A stretch of 64,000 bases of DNA from Camelus dromedarius (lineage: Eukaryota). The stretch covers positions 94,862,001 through 94,926,000 of the forward strand of contig NC_087436.1 of the NCBI RefSeq assembly GCF_036321535.1, in the 5' to 3' direction. The notes under the pieces were generated by a model. That model was not told where the DNA came from. It saw nothing but the letters and a program-made list of their open reading frames with translations, and made no database searches. Positions within the stretch are counted from its first letter, which is position 1. Every line of letters starts with the position of its first letter. The translations under genes were made by a program, and so were the position numbers. Shown here in pieces: positions 1 to 14,948 of the stretch.

Positions 1-74
1 CTGTTCAATTGCTTATGAATCTTAGTAACTACTGTTACTTTCCTTGTATTTCTCCATATTGCCATCATTCATTG

Positions 75-280
75 CCTCTTAATCAAGGGTGATTTTGCCT
101 CCCAGAGGACCTTTGGCATATATGGAGATATTTTTGATCATCACAACTGGCAGGTTCTGTGGCATCTAGTTAGTAGAGGCCAGAGATGCTATTAAACATG
201 CTACAGTGCACAGGAGAGCTCCCTACAACAAACAAATATTTGCCTCAAAATGTAAATAATGCTGAGGGTGAGAACCCTGC
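75..280. mobile_element. MER20-like hAT-Charlie DNA transposon fossil
   Basis: Recognisable tracts ggtgattttgcctcccag, ggcatctagttagtagaggccagagatgct and gctgagggtgagaaccctg; family from recalled consensus. Confidence 0.75.
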
Positions 281-3200
281 CACAGCCTATTGGAAGAGAA
301 TTTGGTAGATGCTTTGTTGAAGTCCTGACATCCTTGTTTCTAGTATTTACCTCATCTACTAGTCCCGTAACTCATAAAATAAATGGTGACTTAAGCCAGC
401 ATAGTTGATTTTCAGTGAATCTCTATCTGCTTCAGTTAAATACTCTTCTTTTTGACCTGCTCTTGATATTGTTGCAGAGAATTGTCACCAACCCTTTCTA
501 CTTCTATAGTTCTGTGGTTGTGTCTTTCTCTTTTTGACAATTAGGACTCCATTTCTCTTCTTTAATCTTTAGAGACTTCTTCCATTTTATATGATGATTC
601 AGAGGTTACTCATTGCTTTAGCAATTTTATTCACAAATTCATTTTGACTAAAACGTTATTAGAGCTAGATGCTTTCTTATAAGCATTTTTGCCTGGTTTG
701 TTCTTCAGTCCTTTTTCCGTAGTGCATATTTGAGACCTGAAAAGAATTCAGTGGCATATGGAGAAGGAGAATTGAAAAGGACATAGTGAAAAATGAAGCA
801 CTAGGGTGTCTGGAATGATTATTGAGTGTTGTTTGTTCTGTTAACACGTATTTTGTTGTCGGGCACTTGTAAAACCATGAGAGACACAGGATTGTATTCC
901 AGAATGCTAAGGAAGTAGGATTACATTATGAAAATGTCATTAATTTAAGTACTAATAAAATAATATATAGGTGATTTATACTTGGACTTAATACTGAAAT
1001 CAGCATTGTTAATCCTCCCCTGTTCAGGGAAGTAGAATGGGAACGGAAGTGGGGAATTGCATTGCTGAACCATTCTCGTAACCTTTTTCACCAGTCAGGT
1101 TTCCTCCTATTGCCTGTTTCATGCCTTAGAGTTGTAAGAAGCTCTGGATAGAGTACCTGTGGCCAGTTGTCCAGCCTTCCCCCCGCTAAGCCCAAACCTT
1201 TTTCTTTTTCTGGGAGAAGCAGTGGAGGAAGGAGGAGCGTAAGTAGTGAAATGTTCCATTTTCTTCTTCATTGCTTTCCCAGTAATTAAAACCAGCTGTG
1301 ACTTTCCATGGACGGTATTCCTGCTCTCGTGGGGACTTAGCACTTATGTGGTAGATAACATCACAGCACAAACTAGTACTTTTTGTCTTAATGTTACTTA
1401 CCTACCTCACTAGACCTCATGAATTATTAAATAGCTTTATTCTTAACATATAATCAATTCCATTTGATTCTAAGAGGATTTATTAGTAAAGAATCATGAT
1501 ATCTGCAATTTCTTGATTAAAGATGAGCAGTCTCAGTTTTATTTCATTATACTGCAGTATATCTTATTCACCACATAAATCATTTTGTGATTCACCACAA
1601 AATGTCTGGTTCTCACACCTCATAACTGGTGCAGCGATGGTATGTGTAGTTTCTCTTCCATCCGCTTAATTAACGAGTATTTATTGAAGACTGAACATGC
1701 GTGAACCTTTCTCTATGTCCACAACCAAAATGACAGTATGAATTTTTGACTCAAGGAAGTTTCAGAAAGGAACTTAGTAGAAAAAGGCTCTACACACTCA
1801 GATTCTCTTTTTGGTTTTTGACTTGTTGCAAAATAAATTATTTTTAATCTCTATAACCAGATTTCTCTGGCATGGTGTCTGTTGGTTTCTGTGTATTTCA
1901 GACTGAAGGGAAAAAAAAAATCAGAATCCCAAACTCTCTGCAGTGGGAACTTCAGAATTAGATTGTTTTAGAAACCTGCCCATTATTTTCTTACTCTTTC
2001 ATTTGTTTTCCTTCTAAATAAATGAATGTATCTAACTCAAAGTGGCAAAGCAATCTTCTCTTCCAGGCAATTCCTCTGCTCTGCACTGGATAATGCTAGT
2101 TTTCTTGGTGATTGTTACCACATTTGAGGTTATGTTGTATATAAATAAAAATAAATGATGTTTTTAGAAGGAGTCAGGTATCCTGGGGGGAAATTCTGAG
2201 TGTTCAATTGCCCATGATTTTCAACTAGGTCACAGAAATTTGAGTTAGATCTATTTGTCATTATTTTATTATAAGTTTCTAGGGAGAAGAGAACACAGTT
2301 TTGCCTTTGGCTTCTGACAAGGCAGAACAAATTTAGGCTCATTAGAAAACAAGAACAAATGTTAATAAAGGAAAACAACCATAACTTTATTTGGAATGTT
2401 TCACCTCTACACACTGTGTAGGATCGTAAGATATTTATTTTATGTGAGGATGGTCACAGCAACACCTGGTAAATGACTATCTTTGTCAGGGAGCTAGTTG
2501 CATTGTTCTAATCCTTGGCCTTCTTTGCCTTCTTTCTTCAAAATATATTGGAATATAGCCTTCGAAATATCAAGGGCTAGCTGAAGGGGTCTTAAGACAG
2601 CTTGCTCAGAAGTCATAATGTGGAGACAGCAGGACTGCTGCTTTCTTCAGATTTTCTAGTGTAATCAAGCCAAGATGACAGAATGCCTTCAGATATGCCT
2701 GTGACTTTATAGAATATCTATTTATTTTCCTATATTCACCTTGATGAAATCCTCTATATTGATAAGAAATATCTTTATGCCCAGGATCATGAATTTACTT
2801 TTTTGGTGTTTTTCTCATAACTATAGGAAGTTTGGAGAAGTGCACAAATCACAGGGCACTAAATAAGTGTCAAATCAAGCAAGTTGATTTTTTTTTCCTT
2901 TTTGCATGACTATTTCACTAGAATTGCTCCTGCTTTCCAAGGAGCTTGGAGAGCTATTTATTTTGTGTCTAGTAGAGAAACAGGGACCTTGTACAATTTT
3001 TGCTTAGTACAATGAAAACATACTTGATATTTCATATAGAATACTTCATATTACATTTTTACTCAGTATCTATGAAAATGTTTATACAATTATATTTGTG
3101 TTTAGGTATAGTATAGTTTTTGGCTCTATAGCTTGAAGACATTGTTAAGTTTAAACCCATGTATTCTAAGCCAAAAATTTAGAGAGTAGCTGTGTTACCC

Positions 3201-5324
3201 TCCACTATTGTAAAGAGATCTCTAATAGAGAAGGCTGTGAAAAGAGGCTCCCTTTTAGGCGTGACATTTTATACCTATAATGTTAAAGCTGACCTACAAG
3301 AAGAAAGTGATGTATTTTTGTTTTTTTTCTGCTTAATTTTGCTGTTTTTGTAATTTTTTTTGAGCTTTGAAATTTGGGCTTAATTTTTAACTTTTGCGTG
3401 AATCCATCATATGACTAGACCACAATTTATATAGCCTTTCTGGTTTTAATTATTTTTGTTGCTTACATTTTTCATGTTCTTAATAGTGTGATAAAATATT
3501 TGTATATAAATATTTGTCAACATCTATGATTATTTCCAAGAATTGCTATGCTAGAGGTTATGAGCTTTTTTAAGGTTCTAGATATGTTTTGCGATATTTC
3601 TTTCTAGAAAAGTCATACTAGTTTACACTTCCATAGTTAGTGTTTATATTGATACGAACTCATCACATTCTCACCAGTGTTGAATATACTAATTAAAAAA
3701 CTCTATGTAACTATCCACAGATTCTCAGAATTATAGAAGGGAAAATCTTAAAAGAGTTTGGTCCAACGTTTTGCAGAGGAAGACAGTGAATCCCAGATAA
3801 TTAATTAAAATAGTAATAGTAAGTTGAAGTGAGGTTGGAATTCTAGTTTTTTGGACTTTTGGTTCATGTTGTTTTCACTAGAAAATGTATTATTTTTTGA
3901 ATATCTTTTATATTTATTGAATGTCTATTATAACATGGTGAGGTGCAATATTGGGCACTTTGATTTTTAAAAATCTAATATTCCCAGTGACCCAGATGGT
4001 GAGTGGTTTGAAACTGTCTTCCAAGAGGACCTAAGGAAGGAATGAGGGCAGTCTTCAAATGCTGAATGTGAAAAAGGATGGATTAAGGAAAGTAGGTGAA
4101 ATTTACAGGAAAGTATTTCGGCTTAATGTAAGGAAGAACTCTTCTAAAGAGTACAGTAGTGCTATTCACTAAGCAAAGAGGAGATCACATTGAATTACAC
4201 TGCTCAATTTTGGAAGTATTTAAGCCCAGTCTGTATGTTTTTCAGCACTTTGGAAAATGGGATCCATGTATTGAATAAGAGATGGAACTAGTTGACTGAA
4301 GATAATGCACTGTACATAATGTGGTAGAGTACCTGGCAGGTAGTTTAATGCTCAATTATGATAACTATTATTAATAGTAAATAAATAAAAAGATACCATG
4401 AAGTCCCTGAAGCTAATGACAGAATTAACAGACATGCTGATAAACAATGACAGAAGTAAGCAAAGAAAAACAGGAGGGAGAAGCTAAAGCCAAGCCTTTT
4501 CTGTCTCAAAGCCAAGGGAACAGGGAGTTTCTAGGAGATAGTCAATTTGTTTTAAAATATTAGATGTAGGTTAAAAATAGAAGTATAAAATGCAGACAAA
4601 AAATACGATGAAAGAAGTGAAAAATACGTAATCACCTATCCGGAGATAAAGGTTGCTAACATTTTATTCTTTTCAGATCTTTGAAATTCTGGATTTAAAA
4701 AGCATAACTATAAATATATAGATAGGTAGATACATATACATTATTAAGCATTCTGTCTTTTGCTTTTGTCACTTAATAAACATACAAATATCTTTATGTC
4801 AGTAAATATGTATATACATTATAATTTTCTGATGCTGCATAGAATTCCATTACATGGTTGAACATATGGATAGATATTTAGGTTATTTGTTTTCTGACTT
4901 TATAAACAATGTTCACTTATCTCTATCTTTGGTGCCACTGTCGTAGTTGAGGCTTTCTTTTTTGCCTAAATTGTGTTAGTCCCTTAATACTTCCTTTATC
5001 TTTTTTCTGCCCTTTTGCAGTCTGTTCTTCATACTTTTGAATGAACAAATGCTACAGAAGCATTTTTATACATATATCTTTGTGTATGTGTTCATTTGCT
5101 TTATTTTGTTTTGGTTTTAGACTAATTTCTTAGAAATGGAATAGCTGGGTTCAGTTAATGAATATGCAGTATGTGAGGTTTTGATACATATTGCAAGATT
5201 GCCCCCATAAAGATATTTAAAAATTTAATATTTAAAAATACTGTTGCCTATTTTGTATGTGAAGGTCCCATTTTCCTACACCCTTGCCAACAATCCTTTT
5301 AATCTGATAGTCTTAGAAACTTCT

Positions 5325-5430
5325 ATTTTTTATTTTTTTACTGAAGTACAGTCAATTATAATGTGTCAGTTTCTGGTGTACAGCACAATGTCCCAGTCAT
5401 GCATGTACATACATATATTCATTTTCATAT
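5325..5430 (-). mobile_element. Very short 5'-truncated LINE-1 3' end with probable target-site duplication
   Basis: T-rich tail then actgaagtacagtcaattataatgtgtcagtttctggtgtacagcac, the reverse complement of the L1 3' end seen at 61340-61410. Flanked by ttagaaa(c)ttct at 5313 and 5431. Confidence 0.7.
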
Positions 5431-7519
5431 TTAGAAATTCTTGATCTCACTAAATTTCATGTTAGCCTATTGCCTGTAAATGTTTACAAGATTGCTGGAG
5501 AAAAGGGTTAAGCTAGGGATTGTAAATACCTGCAATACCATTGTTTCCCTTTCTGAGGCTGTACCAAATAGCAGTGATTGATCTTGTCTGAATTAATTTC
5601 TTAAGGACAGATACAGTATTTTACATAATAAGGAAGTTCTTATGTGATGAAGAAAGAACTCTAACAGGAAAACAGTGGTCACCTCGGTCCATTCAGTTCT
5701 GGGACTTTTTGTCATATTCTTTGAATGCATGGCTAGATGTACTGCTTTTGGCATTTTTTAATGGGGGGAAAACTACTAGAGGACTACCATTTCACAGAGA
5801 CAACTTAATTTTGTTCTTTCTCTGTTAATGGAATCCCTCTTGCCCAGAAGTACAGTTGTTGAACTTAAAGCAAGCCAAGTAATAATTATAAAATTTAATA
5901 AGCTCTCAGATAAGATTAGAAGTCTTATCTTATGTACACTAGATATGCTTTTAATTTTGCACTTACTGCCTAAGGAGATGTGTTGGATGTCCGGTACTTA
6001 GGAGGTCTCAGTTTTGTGGTTTTCTTATTTTGTTTTTAATTAAAGCCAGGATATCAGCAATGTTGTTTTTGTTTTGGATCTTTCCTTACGGGCATTTTGT
6101 GTAGTTTGTTTTGACTGCTAAGGTAGAGTAGTTTGGTGTTGAGTGCTACTGATTTGGTTATGCTACAGCTTAACTGAGTCTAGAGGTTTACAATAGACAA
6201 ACCATAAATTATTAAAAAATGGGGTTTCTATTACATAATAATTCATCATGTTGTGATCTTAGATAGCAGGAAAGGAGTTTCAGATTCCATTCTCAGTGGT
6301 TACTAGGACTATTATGGGTGATTTGCTTGGCTATTGTTCCTAAGTGGAATGGTGATAATGTCACCTAGCTTTTGCAGAACCATCTGAATCAGATGGCAGA
6401 GACAGAGAAGGACTGGTTGTCAGATAGGGAGAGCAGAAATATGAATGACTGAACTTAGTCTGTTGACTCCTGTCAACACATGGTTAAACTGAAATCAGGT
6501 AAGTATATCAAGCTTTGAATATGCTTAGAAAGGTTGATGAATGAATTTTTAGTTTAAGCTTAAAGGTAGATTGACTATAGTTGAAGATAAGAAAAACAGG
6601 TATGCTTTAATTAAAAGCTTTGATTGCATTTGTTGTAAGCAAAATGGAATTTATTAGAAGGCCACTGTTGTATCTCACTGAGTACAAGAATAAATCTTTG
6701 TACACATTAGTTCAGGGGTAAGATTGGGCCCACCTTGTTCAAGTGCCCACTCTTCGTCCAGTTTATGATGGCAAGGAATATGGAGCCATCTAATGAACAC
6801 ATCTATGGTTATTGGAGGCCCTTGGAGGGCAGGGTAGGGTATAAGTTCTTAGAGAATGTGGACTTGTAATGAACTCTGTGGGCGTCCTCAGAGATGTCTA
6901 CTATTCTCTTAATTTTAAATACTGCATTTTTGCATTCAGTACTCAGGAACCTGTAAGAGTTAGTTATGCTTTGTAAAGTTCATAGTTTCATTTTAATATG
7001 AATAGAATTAGAGAGTAAGACTAAATCCTTTTTGATTTTTACATATCTTAGGTACTTTTTATGTTTGAGATGGCAGCCACCTAGGAATAGCATAATGCTT
7101 TCACATAAGACCCTTAGCAAATGCTCTTGGTTGAATGAGTACCTGAGCAGAAGTAAGACCCATTGTATGTGGCCTTGCACCAAATTTATAAAGTGAATTC
7201 TCCCTCCCCTACAGTGGCCTACTCTTCACAATTGCCTTTTAGATTTTTCTTTCTATTGGATTTCTCTTTATTAGGACAAAGTAAAAAGCTTTTTATCTTG
7301 TGAATCACTGAACCAACCAAAAAAAGTTTACTAAGGCCATTTTGAGGTGCATTTTTTGGGTCTCTAATTATCTAAACATTGTCATGACTGCTTAGAAAGA
7401 CTTCTAAAAACAGATGTTTAGTAGAAACTTTTTAGAAAATAAAATGTAACAAAACAAAGTCAAATGAATGGTGAGATATTGATAGACAGTCCACCTTCAA
7501 TATATAGCTAGACTTTGAC

Positions 7520-8175
7520 AGCTTCTTTCTACCTCTGCAAACACCACTCTAGTCCAAAGTCTTCAACATTTCCTCTGGAACTATGTCAAGTAGCTTTCCA
7601 AATGGTCTCCCTGCATTTGCTTTTATCCCTCAACAGTGTGTTCTCCAAGGGATATGGCTTAAGTTGGATTACTCACTGATCTGCTGAAAATTTTCCAGTG
7701 GATTCTCATTCTAAAATAAAATCTAATTTTTTTTCTATTTAAGTCCCACAGTCCTCTACCTCTCTCACCTTAGCTGTTGTGATGGACCCCCTTCATTGTG
7801 CTGCAGTCACAGGAACCTCCAACCACACTCAGTTTAAGGCTTTTGCCCTTAGGGTTTTCCTTGTCTGAACATTCTTGCCTCAAGTCATTCCATTTCAGGG
7901 CTCTGTTCAGATGTGGCTTATCAAAGAGGCTTTTCCTGACTATCCTATCTAAAAGAGCACCCTTCATCACTCTAATTCTTCATCCTGTTTTACTTTTTCT
8001 TCAGAGCACTTACAACTTGACAGTGTGTTTCTATATCTGCTTTCTCTTCTAGACTCCACGCTCTGTGAAGGCAGGGATTTTTGTTTTTGCTTTGTTTTTT
8101 TCCACTGCTGTATTCTCAGTGCCTAAGACACAATGGATACTCAGTAAATATTTGTTGAATAAATGAGTAAATAAA
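7520..8175 (+). mobile_element. L2 LINE 3' fragment
   Basis: Ends in a typical L2 terminus: cagtgcctaagacacaatggatactcagtaaatatttgttgaataaatgag. Confidence 0.7.
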
Positions 8176-8377
8176 TAGGATTGTGTACTCTGGGCGGGGA
8201 ATGGTGTATTACGGACCTGGCATTGGTAATTGTGAGGATAACTGTTGCATTTATCCAAGAGGAAGAAAAAAGCATCCCATAGCTCTTGTTTATTTTTCAT
8301 AAAGTTGATGGAAGTGGTTGTTTTTATAATTAGAATTAATGTTTTATCAAACAATATTTGGTTATATTCCCCTTAAG

Positions 8378-8610
8378 ATGAAGAAGATGACTTTGTGTGT
8401 AAGAAGGCAGCCTCCAAATCAAAAGAGAACGGAGGATCTACAAATAGTTACCTTGGAGCATCAAACATGAAAAAGAATGAAGAATACACTAAGACTAAGA
8501 ATAAGCCTTTATCACCGATAAAGCTTACTCCTACATCAGTGCTTGATTATTTTGGAACTGGAAGTGTCCAAAGATCCGATAAGAAGATGGTGGCAAGCAG
8601 AAGAAAAGAG
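8378..8610 (+). CDS. RFC1: RFC1 coding exon (human exon 5 equivalent), 233 nt
   Basis: ccttaag|AT GAA GAA GAT...AAA GAG|gtgagt; encodes DEEDDFVCKKAASKSKE...PIKLTPTSVLDYFGTGSVQRSDKKMVASRRKE. Confidence 0.96.
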
Positions 8611-9469
8611 GTGAGTGCTCTACATGTGACCGAGAGTGTTCAGGATTTATACCTATTCACTGTTGTTAATAAGAGGTGAAACTTGGATGTAAGTAGATCA
8701 GCATTTTATTGATGAAAATAATTTTCCTATGATTATGGGTAAAATGTATTGCTGTTACTTTGGAGGATGAGGAAGTTAGAATATCACACATTTAAGTTGT
8801 TCATATTTGAAAATGAAAAAAGATCATTTAAATCGTAAGAATAAATTGTGTTAGGATTTAAATACTCAGAATGCAAACCTGTTTTACTATTTATCTCAGT
8901 CAGACAAAACTGAACAATAAATTTGTTCCCAAATGAGGTCATAAATTCATAATTTATGAATAGAGCCTACCTGTACTTTGACCTTCTCTACTTTGGCTGA
9001 TACTGGATTCATCTTTTTCTGGAGGTTTAGGAAACAGACATGCAGATAAATTAGTGAAAGTAGTTAGGGACCTACATTCAAGCCTGCCAGATGGGGTGTG
9101 ATGATTTCATTAGTGCCTCCATAAGACAATGTAATCATTCTCATATATTGGTTTGCCAATGTTCTGGACCACTTCTAAAGCCAAGATATTACTCTATAGG
9201 TTTTTTTTTTTTTTTTGGTACTTCTTTTGAACATTTCAGCAGAATTAAATGAGAACCATCTGTCCGTAGTATATTCACTCATTAGGAAATTGGATATGGT
9301 CAGGGAGTAGCCATGGACATAATTTTTTGGCTGGTGTGTGTTGAGACTGTTTCATGACTAATATACTTATCCCTCATTGGTGTATTTATTCAAATTATTG
9401 TTAAGAAAAAACACCTTATTTTTAACTTAAGGTTTATGTTGATATTGCTTGATTTTCTTTGAAATATAG

Positions 9470-9547
9470 CCTCCACAAAATGCAGATGATTCCAGATTAA
9501 AAGATGAAGCTATTGCCAGGCAATTGCAACTTGACGAAGATGCAGAG
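9470..9547 (+). CDS. RFC1: RFC1 coding exon (exon 6 eq.), 78 nt
   Basis: atatag|CCT...GAG|gtattg; PPQNADDSRLKDEAIARQLQLDEDAE. Confidence 0.95.
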
Positions 9548-9939
9548 GTATTGGCATTTTGTTTAGCTATCATTAACTTGTTGTCATGACTTGCTGTCTA
9601 GTCTACCCAGGCAGACAGTTAAGATTGTTCTAGTCTAATTTTGGATTGAGCCTCATTGTAAGATTTAATGTGTAAAATAAGTTAAAATCTAATACTATGT
9701 GAAAATCTAAATTTATATGAAAGATAAATTATGAAAGCAGAGGATAAATATTTAAAGATTTATTATTATGTTTCTTTGAATGGAAGCTTCCTTTAGTACA
9801 GTTAAAATGATTTCATTTGCTCTTTTCTTTTTCACTGTGGGCAATCTCATTCACTCCTGCAGCTTTAAGTACTATGTACATGCTGGTGATCCCTAAATCT
9901 GTCTTCAGTTCAGAGTGCTTTCTGTAGTAAACCTGTTAC

Positions 9940-10675
9940 ATTCGTTCAGTAGGTATTTACTGAACGCTTACTGAGTGCATGGCACTCTTCTAGGTGTTAA
10001 GGATACTGTATTTAAAAAAAGTAATGTCAGGTCATTATAAGTGCTATGAAAAGTAAAGAGAGAATTTTGAGGTGATCAGTGGGGTTACGGATGTTCTGTT
10101 TTAAATAGAGGGGTCAGGAAAGCCCCTCTGAGGAAGTGACATTGGGACACGAAATTAAGCGATAATGGTGAGCTGGCCACTTGGAAGATTTCCTCAAAAC
10201 AGAGAGAAAGGGAAGTGCAAGTGTCCCGAGGTGACATGGTGTTTTTTGCCTTGAGCAACTGGGTGAATGGTGATACCATTTGTTAATACTGAAGCACTGG
10301 TGCAGGGAAATCAAGAATTCTGTTTTGGACATAAGTTTGAGACATCTGATAGGTTTACAAATCGAAGTGAAGGGTGGGTAGTTGGATAGAGGAATCTGGA
10401 ACTCTGGGGAGAGGTCTAAGCTGAAGAAGTATATTTAGGATCATTACCATTTGAATGGTATTAAAACCAGTGTCACTGGATGCGATGCTGTGGAGAGAAG
10501 CAGCTTAGGATTGAGCTCTGGGGCACTGTTAACAGTGAGAGGTCAGGAAGAGGAGGATGATCAGCAAAGCAGATTTAAGAGAGGGGCTAGTGAAGTAGGA
10601 CACTCAGGAAAGCTTGGTATTTTATGGAAGCCAAGTGAAAAAGGTAATTCAGGGAGGAGCGTTCATCTCTGTTAG
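9940..10675 (-). mobile_element. L2 LINE fragment (antisense)
   Basis: ttcagtaggtatttactgaacgcttactgagtgcatggcact followed by purine-rich antisense L2 sequence. Confidence 0.65.
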
Positions 10676-12748
10676 AGGCTCCAGATGTTGATACCTGCTA
10701 TTTGAACCCCTTTCCTATTTATTAGCTTAAGTCTTAACATTCTCATATTTCCTACACTATGTTGGAAACCCCTCTGTTTACTTTGTTGAACCCCATGTAG
10801 CTACTATTAACATTTATTTAAATGTCTTCTTAAGTTGCTATGTAAGTGTCTTCCTGTATATAGGCTTTAACTCCACCTGCTGGGGCTGTTTGTGTCTCAG
10901 CTATTGTGACATCAGGGCTCATTTTAGTGCTTGGCATGGAAGAGGCTCTTGACAAGAATTGTTGTGAGAGAACCAAATTCCAGTCTTCTGGAATATATCT
11001 ATGTAACTGCTCACGTTTTATTAATTTGGTAGTTTATAGTTTGGGTCTTCAAAATCTTTTTCCGTCTTACTCAGTTACACTGAATTATATAAACTACAAA
11101 CAGTTACTCAAACGACTCAAGGTAGCACAAATGGCCTAGGTAAAATTGTGAAGTCATTTTTAGGGACCTGACTTCTCCTTATATATCCCAAATACTGGAG
11201 GCTTACCCTGTCCCTCCCAAAACAGGTGTGGTATTTTGTATCACGATCCTGTTTTCCCACTTCTATCACATTTTTTCAAAATCTTGTTTGGGTAATAGGT
11301 CTGATGAAGGACTCTGAGGGTATTAATGACTGACTGATAATATCTTTCTTAATTATCCCTCTAAGAGTTTCTATTTTCCTCTGCCCCCACACCTTTTTGT
11401 TTATTCATTTAGTACATATGTTTTCAGAATCTAACATGTAAATCAGTATGTTGAATACTATCAAACATTATATTACAATATAGGACTTTTGATCACATGA
11501 TGCCATAATTAACAATAATGAATTTCTAATGGAAGTATTTAAATTTCTTCTATATTCTAAAACATCTAGAATCCTCTTTACTAGAAGTATTCTACGTAGT
11601 GTGATGTTTTTAGAAAAACAGTATAGAGTTCAACCAGAAATCCTTGCAGGACCACTGGAAGTTTAGAGTTTGAAGAACCTTTGTATGATAAAGATTTTCG
11701 TATTGTTTTTAGAAATTGAATGTGTGATTCAATTATGGTAAAGAAACATTAGGCAACAGAGGGTATATTGATGTGCGTCTGTTTGGCTTGCTTATAATTC
11801 TGTGTAGCTTGAGTTCATTTTATAAACAAAAGGAGGCTTGGTAACTGAGTTCTTATCAGGCTTATGCCAATTTCAAAGCCTTTTCTTTTGGATTGGGTGG
11901 ATTTTGGGGTCCTTTCCTTTGTTTGAATAATATACGGAAACTTTTGTTCAACGTTATATTAGGCCTTTTTATCAGGGGGCATAAAATTAGTTTATGAGAA
12001 ATACATTTTACTTCCGCACGTTCTCTTCTGGAAGAGCTCCATTTTACTGAAAGTTAATATATTTGGAAATAACAATGAGGTAACTGGAATGTTTGTATGT
12101 TGCATTAGTATGTTAGGGAAACTGATATGACTTAAATTTCAAAAGTCAGAACAGATAAATTACTGCTATCTTGTACAGCTGAAACTAATATAATATTAAG
12201 TCAACTATAATTGAATTAAAAATAAGTCAGCACGTATACATTTGAATTAGTAATTGAAAATAGAAGTTTAATGTTATTAGTGATAGTTGCATTTGTATAT
12301 ATCTTACTGTACTGTGTGCAAAGAAAGTATGTAATTTTCTTGATTTCTTAGATTCACTGTTTTTTTGTGTGACCCCTCTGGCTCCCTGCCTCTTTTGTTT
12401 TTCTAATTAGGATAATGATTCTTTTCTGAGCTCTTCTTAGAAATTAAAATAAATGAAAATAAGAGATCTGTAAGTGTTGCACTGGGACCATTAAGAAAAA
12501 GCTAAAGACTGAGAACCTTATGCTCAGTTTATCTATCATGCCTGTAAAACTAGAAATAAATGTTCTGAAATCTAATTTGGCTTAGTGAAACAAACCTGCG
12601 ATACTTAGCTGTTAAGTGGAAAAATATCATAGATACTTTCTGGAAAATATTTTTCCAGTTTCTTTTAATTATCATGAACCAAACATTTTAAAACTTTCAT
12701 TTACAAAAAGAAAAAAAGAGCAACTCACTGTGTTAACACTTCTTACAG

Positions 12749-12826
12749 CTGGAGAGACAACTGCATGAAGATGAAGAGTTTGCCAGAACGTTAGCCATGT
12801 TGGATGAAGAACCCAAGTCCAAAAAG
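12749..12826 (+). CDS. RFC1: RFC1 coding exon (exon 7 eq.), 78 nt
   Basis: ttacag|CTG...AAG|gtgatg; LERQLHEDEEFARTLAMLDEEPKSKK. Confidence 0.96.
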
Positions 12827-13979
12827 GTGATGTTTTACCAAACATTCGCACTTTGTACAATACAAAACAGTGTTCCCTTTCAGACCTGTGTATTCTAGGC
12901 TCTGGAGATAGAACCATGAGTAACTCTTCTAGAGAATAGCTAAATTATTCTAATTTATAAAAAATGTTTTTGGGGAAGCTCATTGAGAAACTTATTCTTC
13001 TAAAGGAAGGTTGATAGAGCCAAAGCCAACCAGAATCCTTCTTCACAAAACAACAAACTACAGCTTTTACTTCCTCTGTCACAAAGGGATTCTTATGTAC
13101 TTGTTCAGAGACTAGCACTTATAAAGACTCCTACAGAACCTAAAGTGTAGCAACTTTAATATTAATTACTGTCTTTTTTTTGAAGCACAATTTTGCTATT
13201 TCTAATTAGCTAACTTTTAGGTCTGTATTAGGACAGTCTCAAGTAATAATGACTATTGCTGGGAATCTCTGAAAGCATCAAGATTTTTTTAAGCACTTGA
13301 TCTCTAGAAAATTAGCCTTATTTCTGTTGAATCACCTTCTGTTAATATTTTCAGTATCAATATCTGACTATTTTAAAAGATTTTACGGCAGGCAAGTGTA
13401 AGACAATAGGGAATGGTGGGGATTTTGTCATTTGAAAAGCCTTACTTCATCTAAAGGCATTCAAATTTTAATTATTTAAAAAAATACTGTGTCACGCACC
13501 CCAATTTGTGACCTCTTTGTAAAATGGAGTTTTGAAGGACCAGCGGAGAAAATGGACTTTCTTTTTCTCTTTTGAGAAAGTACTCTTTATTTTACTTTTG
13601 TGCTTTGGATTCTCTTTAATTTAGTCTTTTGGGTTTAGATTTTAGTTTTTAACTGTGTAATACTAACAATTTGAGAGTGGAGATGAAGACAGCAGGAACA
13701 AGTCTTCTGTTTTCCCACAGAAGTGGGGAACAACAGGGATAATTTTTTATAGCTGTATCTTTAATACTCTTTCATCTGTTTCTTCATCTGTAAAATTAAA
13801 AGTAATACAGTATGCCTCATTTTGTCCCAGAGATTTCGTGTATGAATGAATGAAAATATATTAGATTGTTCTGGTACTTCGGAAGGTGACCCTTAATCTT
13901 TGGTCAATTTTAAAAACATATTTTGTGGTAATAGTTTTCCTGTTATTTATTGCATTTGACACCTTTTCTGTTTTCTTAG

Positions 13980-14067
13980 GCTCTAAAGGACCCAGAAGAG
14001 AGAGAGATGTTTTCATCTGTACAGGCCAATTTATGTAAAGCAGTCAAACCTAAATATCCTCATAAAG
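13980..14067 (+). CDS. RFC1: RFC1 coding exon (exon 8 eq.), 88 nt
   Basis: tcttag|GCT...AAA G|gtaata; ALKDPEEREMFSSVQANLCKAVKPKYPHK. Confidence 0.93.
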
Positions 14068-14948
14068 GTAATACTAGCAGAAAAAAGCAAGCTGGAACAT
14101 TTATCTTTATAGAAGAAAATTCATGTAACCTTGTTTAAACATTCTGTTCATAATTGCCTAATATTCTTAGGTAGATATTATTTCATAGGAGTACTAGAGA
14201 TGTTCTACTTAGATACTTTGGAAGCTGTTTGGATATTAGCTGGTGCTGAATGCCTGTCTGCTCTATGATTGTTGTGAGAAATGTGTCACTGCTCTTGGCT
14301 TCATGTTCCTTTCCAAATATAGTGCAACTGTGTAGACTTCAACATATGAAGACAAAACTAGATGCTTCAGGTTCCTAGAGTTGATTCAGAGTTGTACTGG
14401 TCATCTGAAGCTCCTTTGTTTGTTGTCTGTAGATTTTATTTTTTAGATATCTAGTTCTGGTATCTATCCAGCTGCTAATGTAGGTGAGCTTAATCTTATA
14501 AGTAAATCTGTTCATATAATTTTAGTCTTGAAATCCCAGGATAATTTCAGATGATATTACAGATAGAATTTTTATGTGACATATTCTAGTTAGTAAGTTT
14601 TCTCTGTGTGAATTTCAGATCATTGAAGTTTATCTGTGGAATTAAGTCCATGTTCTCAGATGTAGTTTACCATATCATTTCAATTAATGAGCAATTTATA
14701 TTTAAAAAGACGTACAGATCCCTTAATTTGATCTGGTTATACAAAGAAGTAACATAGAAGTATTTAATTTTTAAAAATAAATGTTCTGAATAAACTGAAG
14801 AACTAAAATATTAATGAAAATCACTATATACTGTGTGCTATGAAGATTATTCAGTTGAAAAATGAAAAAATAATTTTGATATTTTAATAATCTAGAAATG
14901 AGTATCATTTTCTAAAAACAACATTCATAATCTTTTCTTTCTTCCCAG

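Noticed and set aside
1..8377. CANVAS-type (AAGGG/AAAAG)n RFC1 repeat, or additional upstream RFC1 exons
   Set aside because: The human repeat lies in a primate Alu in intron 2, upstream of this window. I found no such pentamer array and no sequence encoding the RFC1 N-terminus here.
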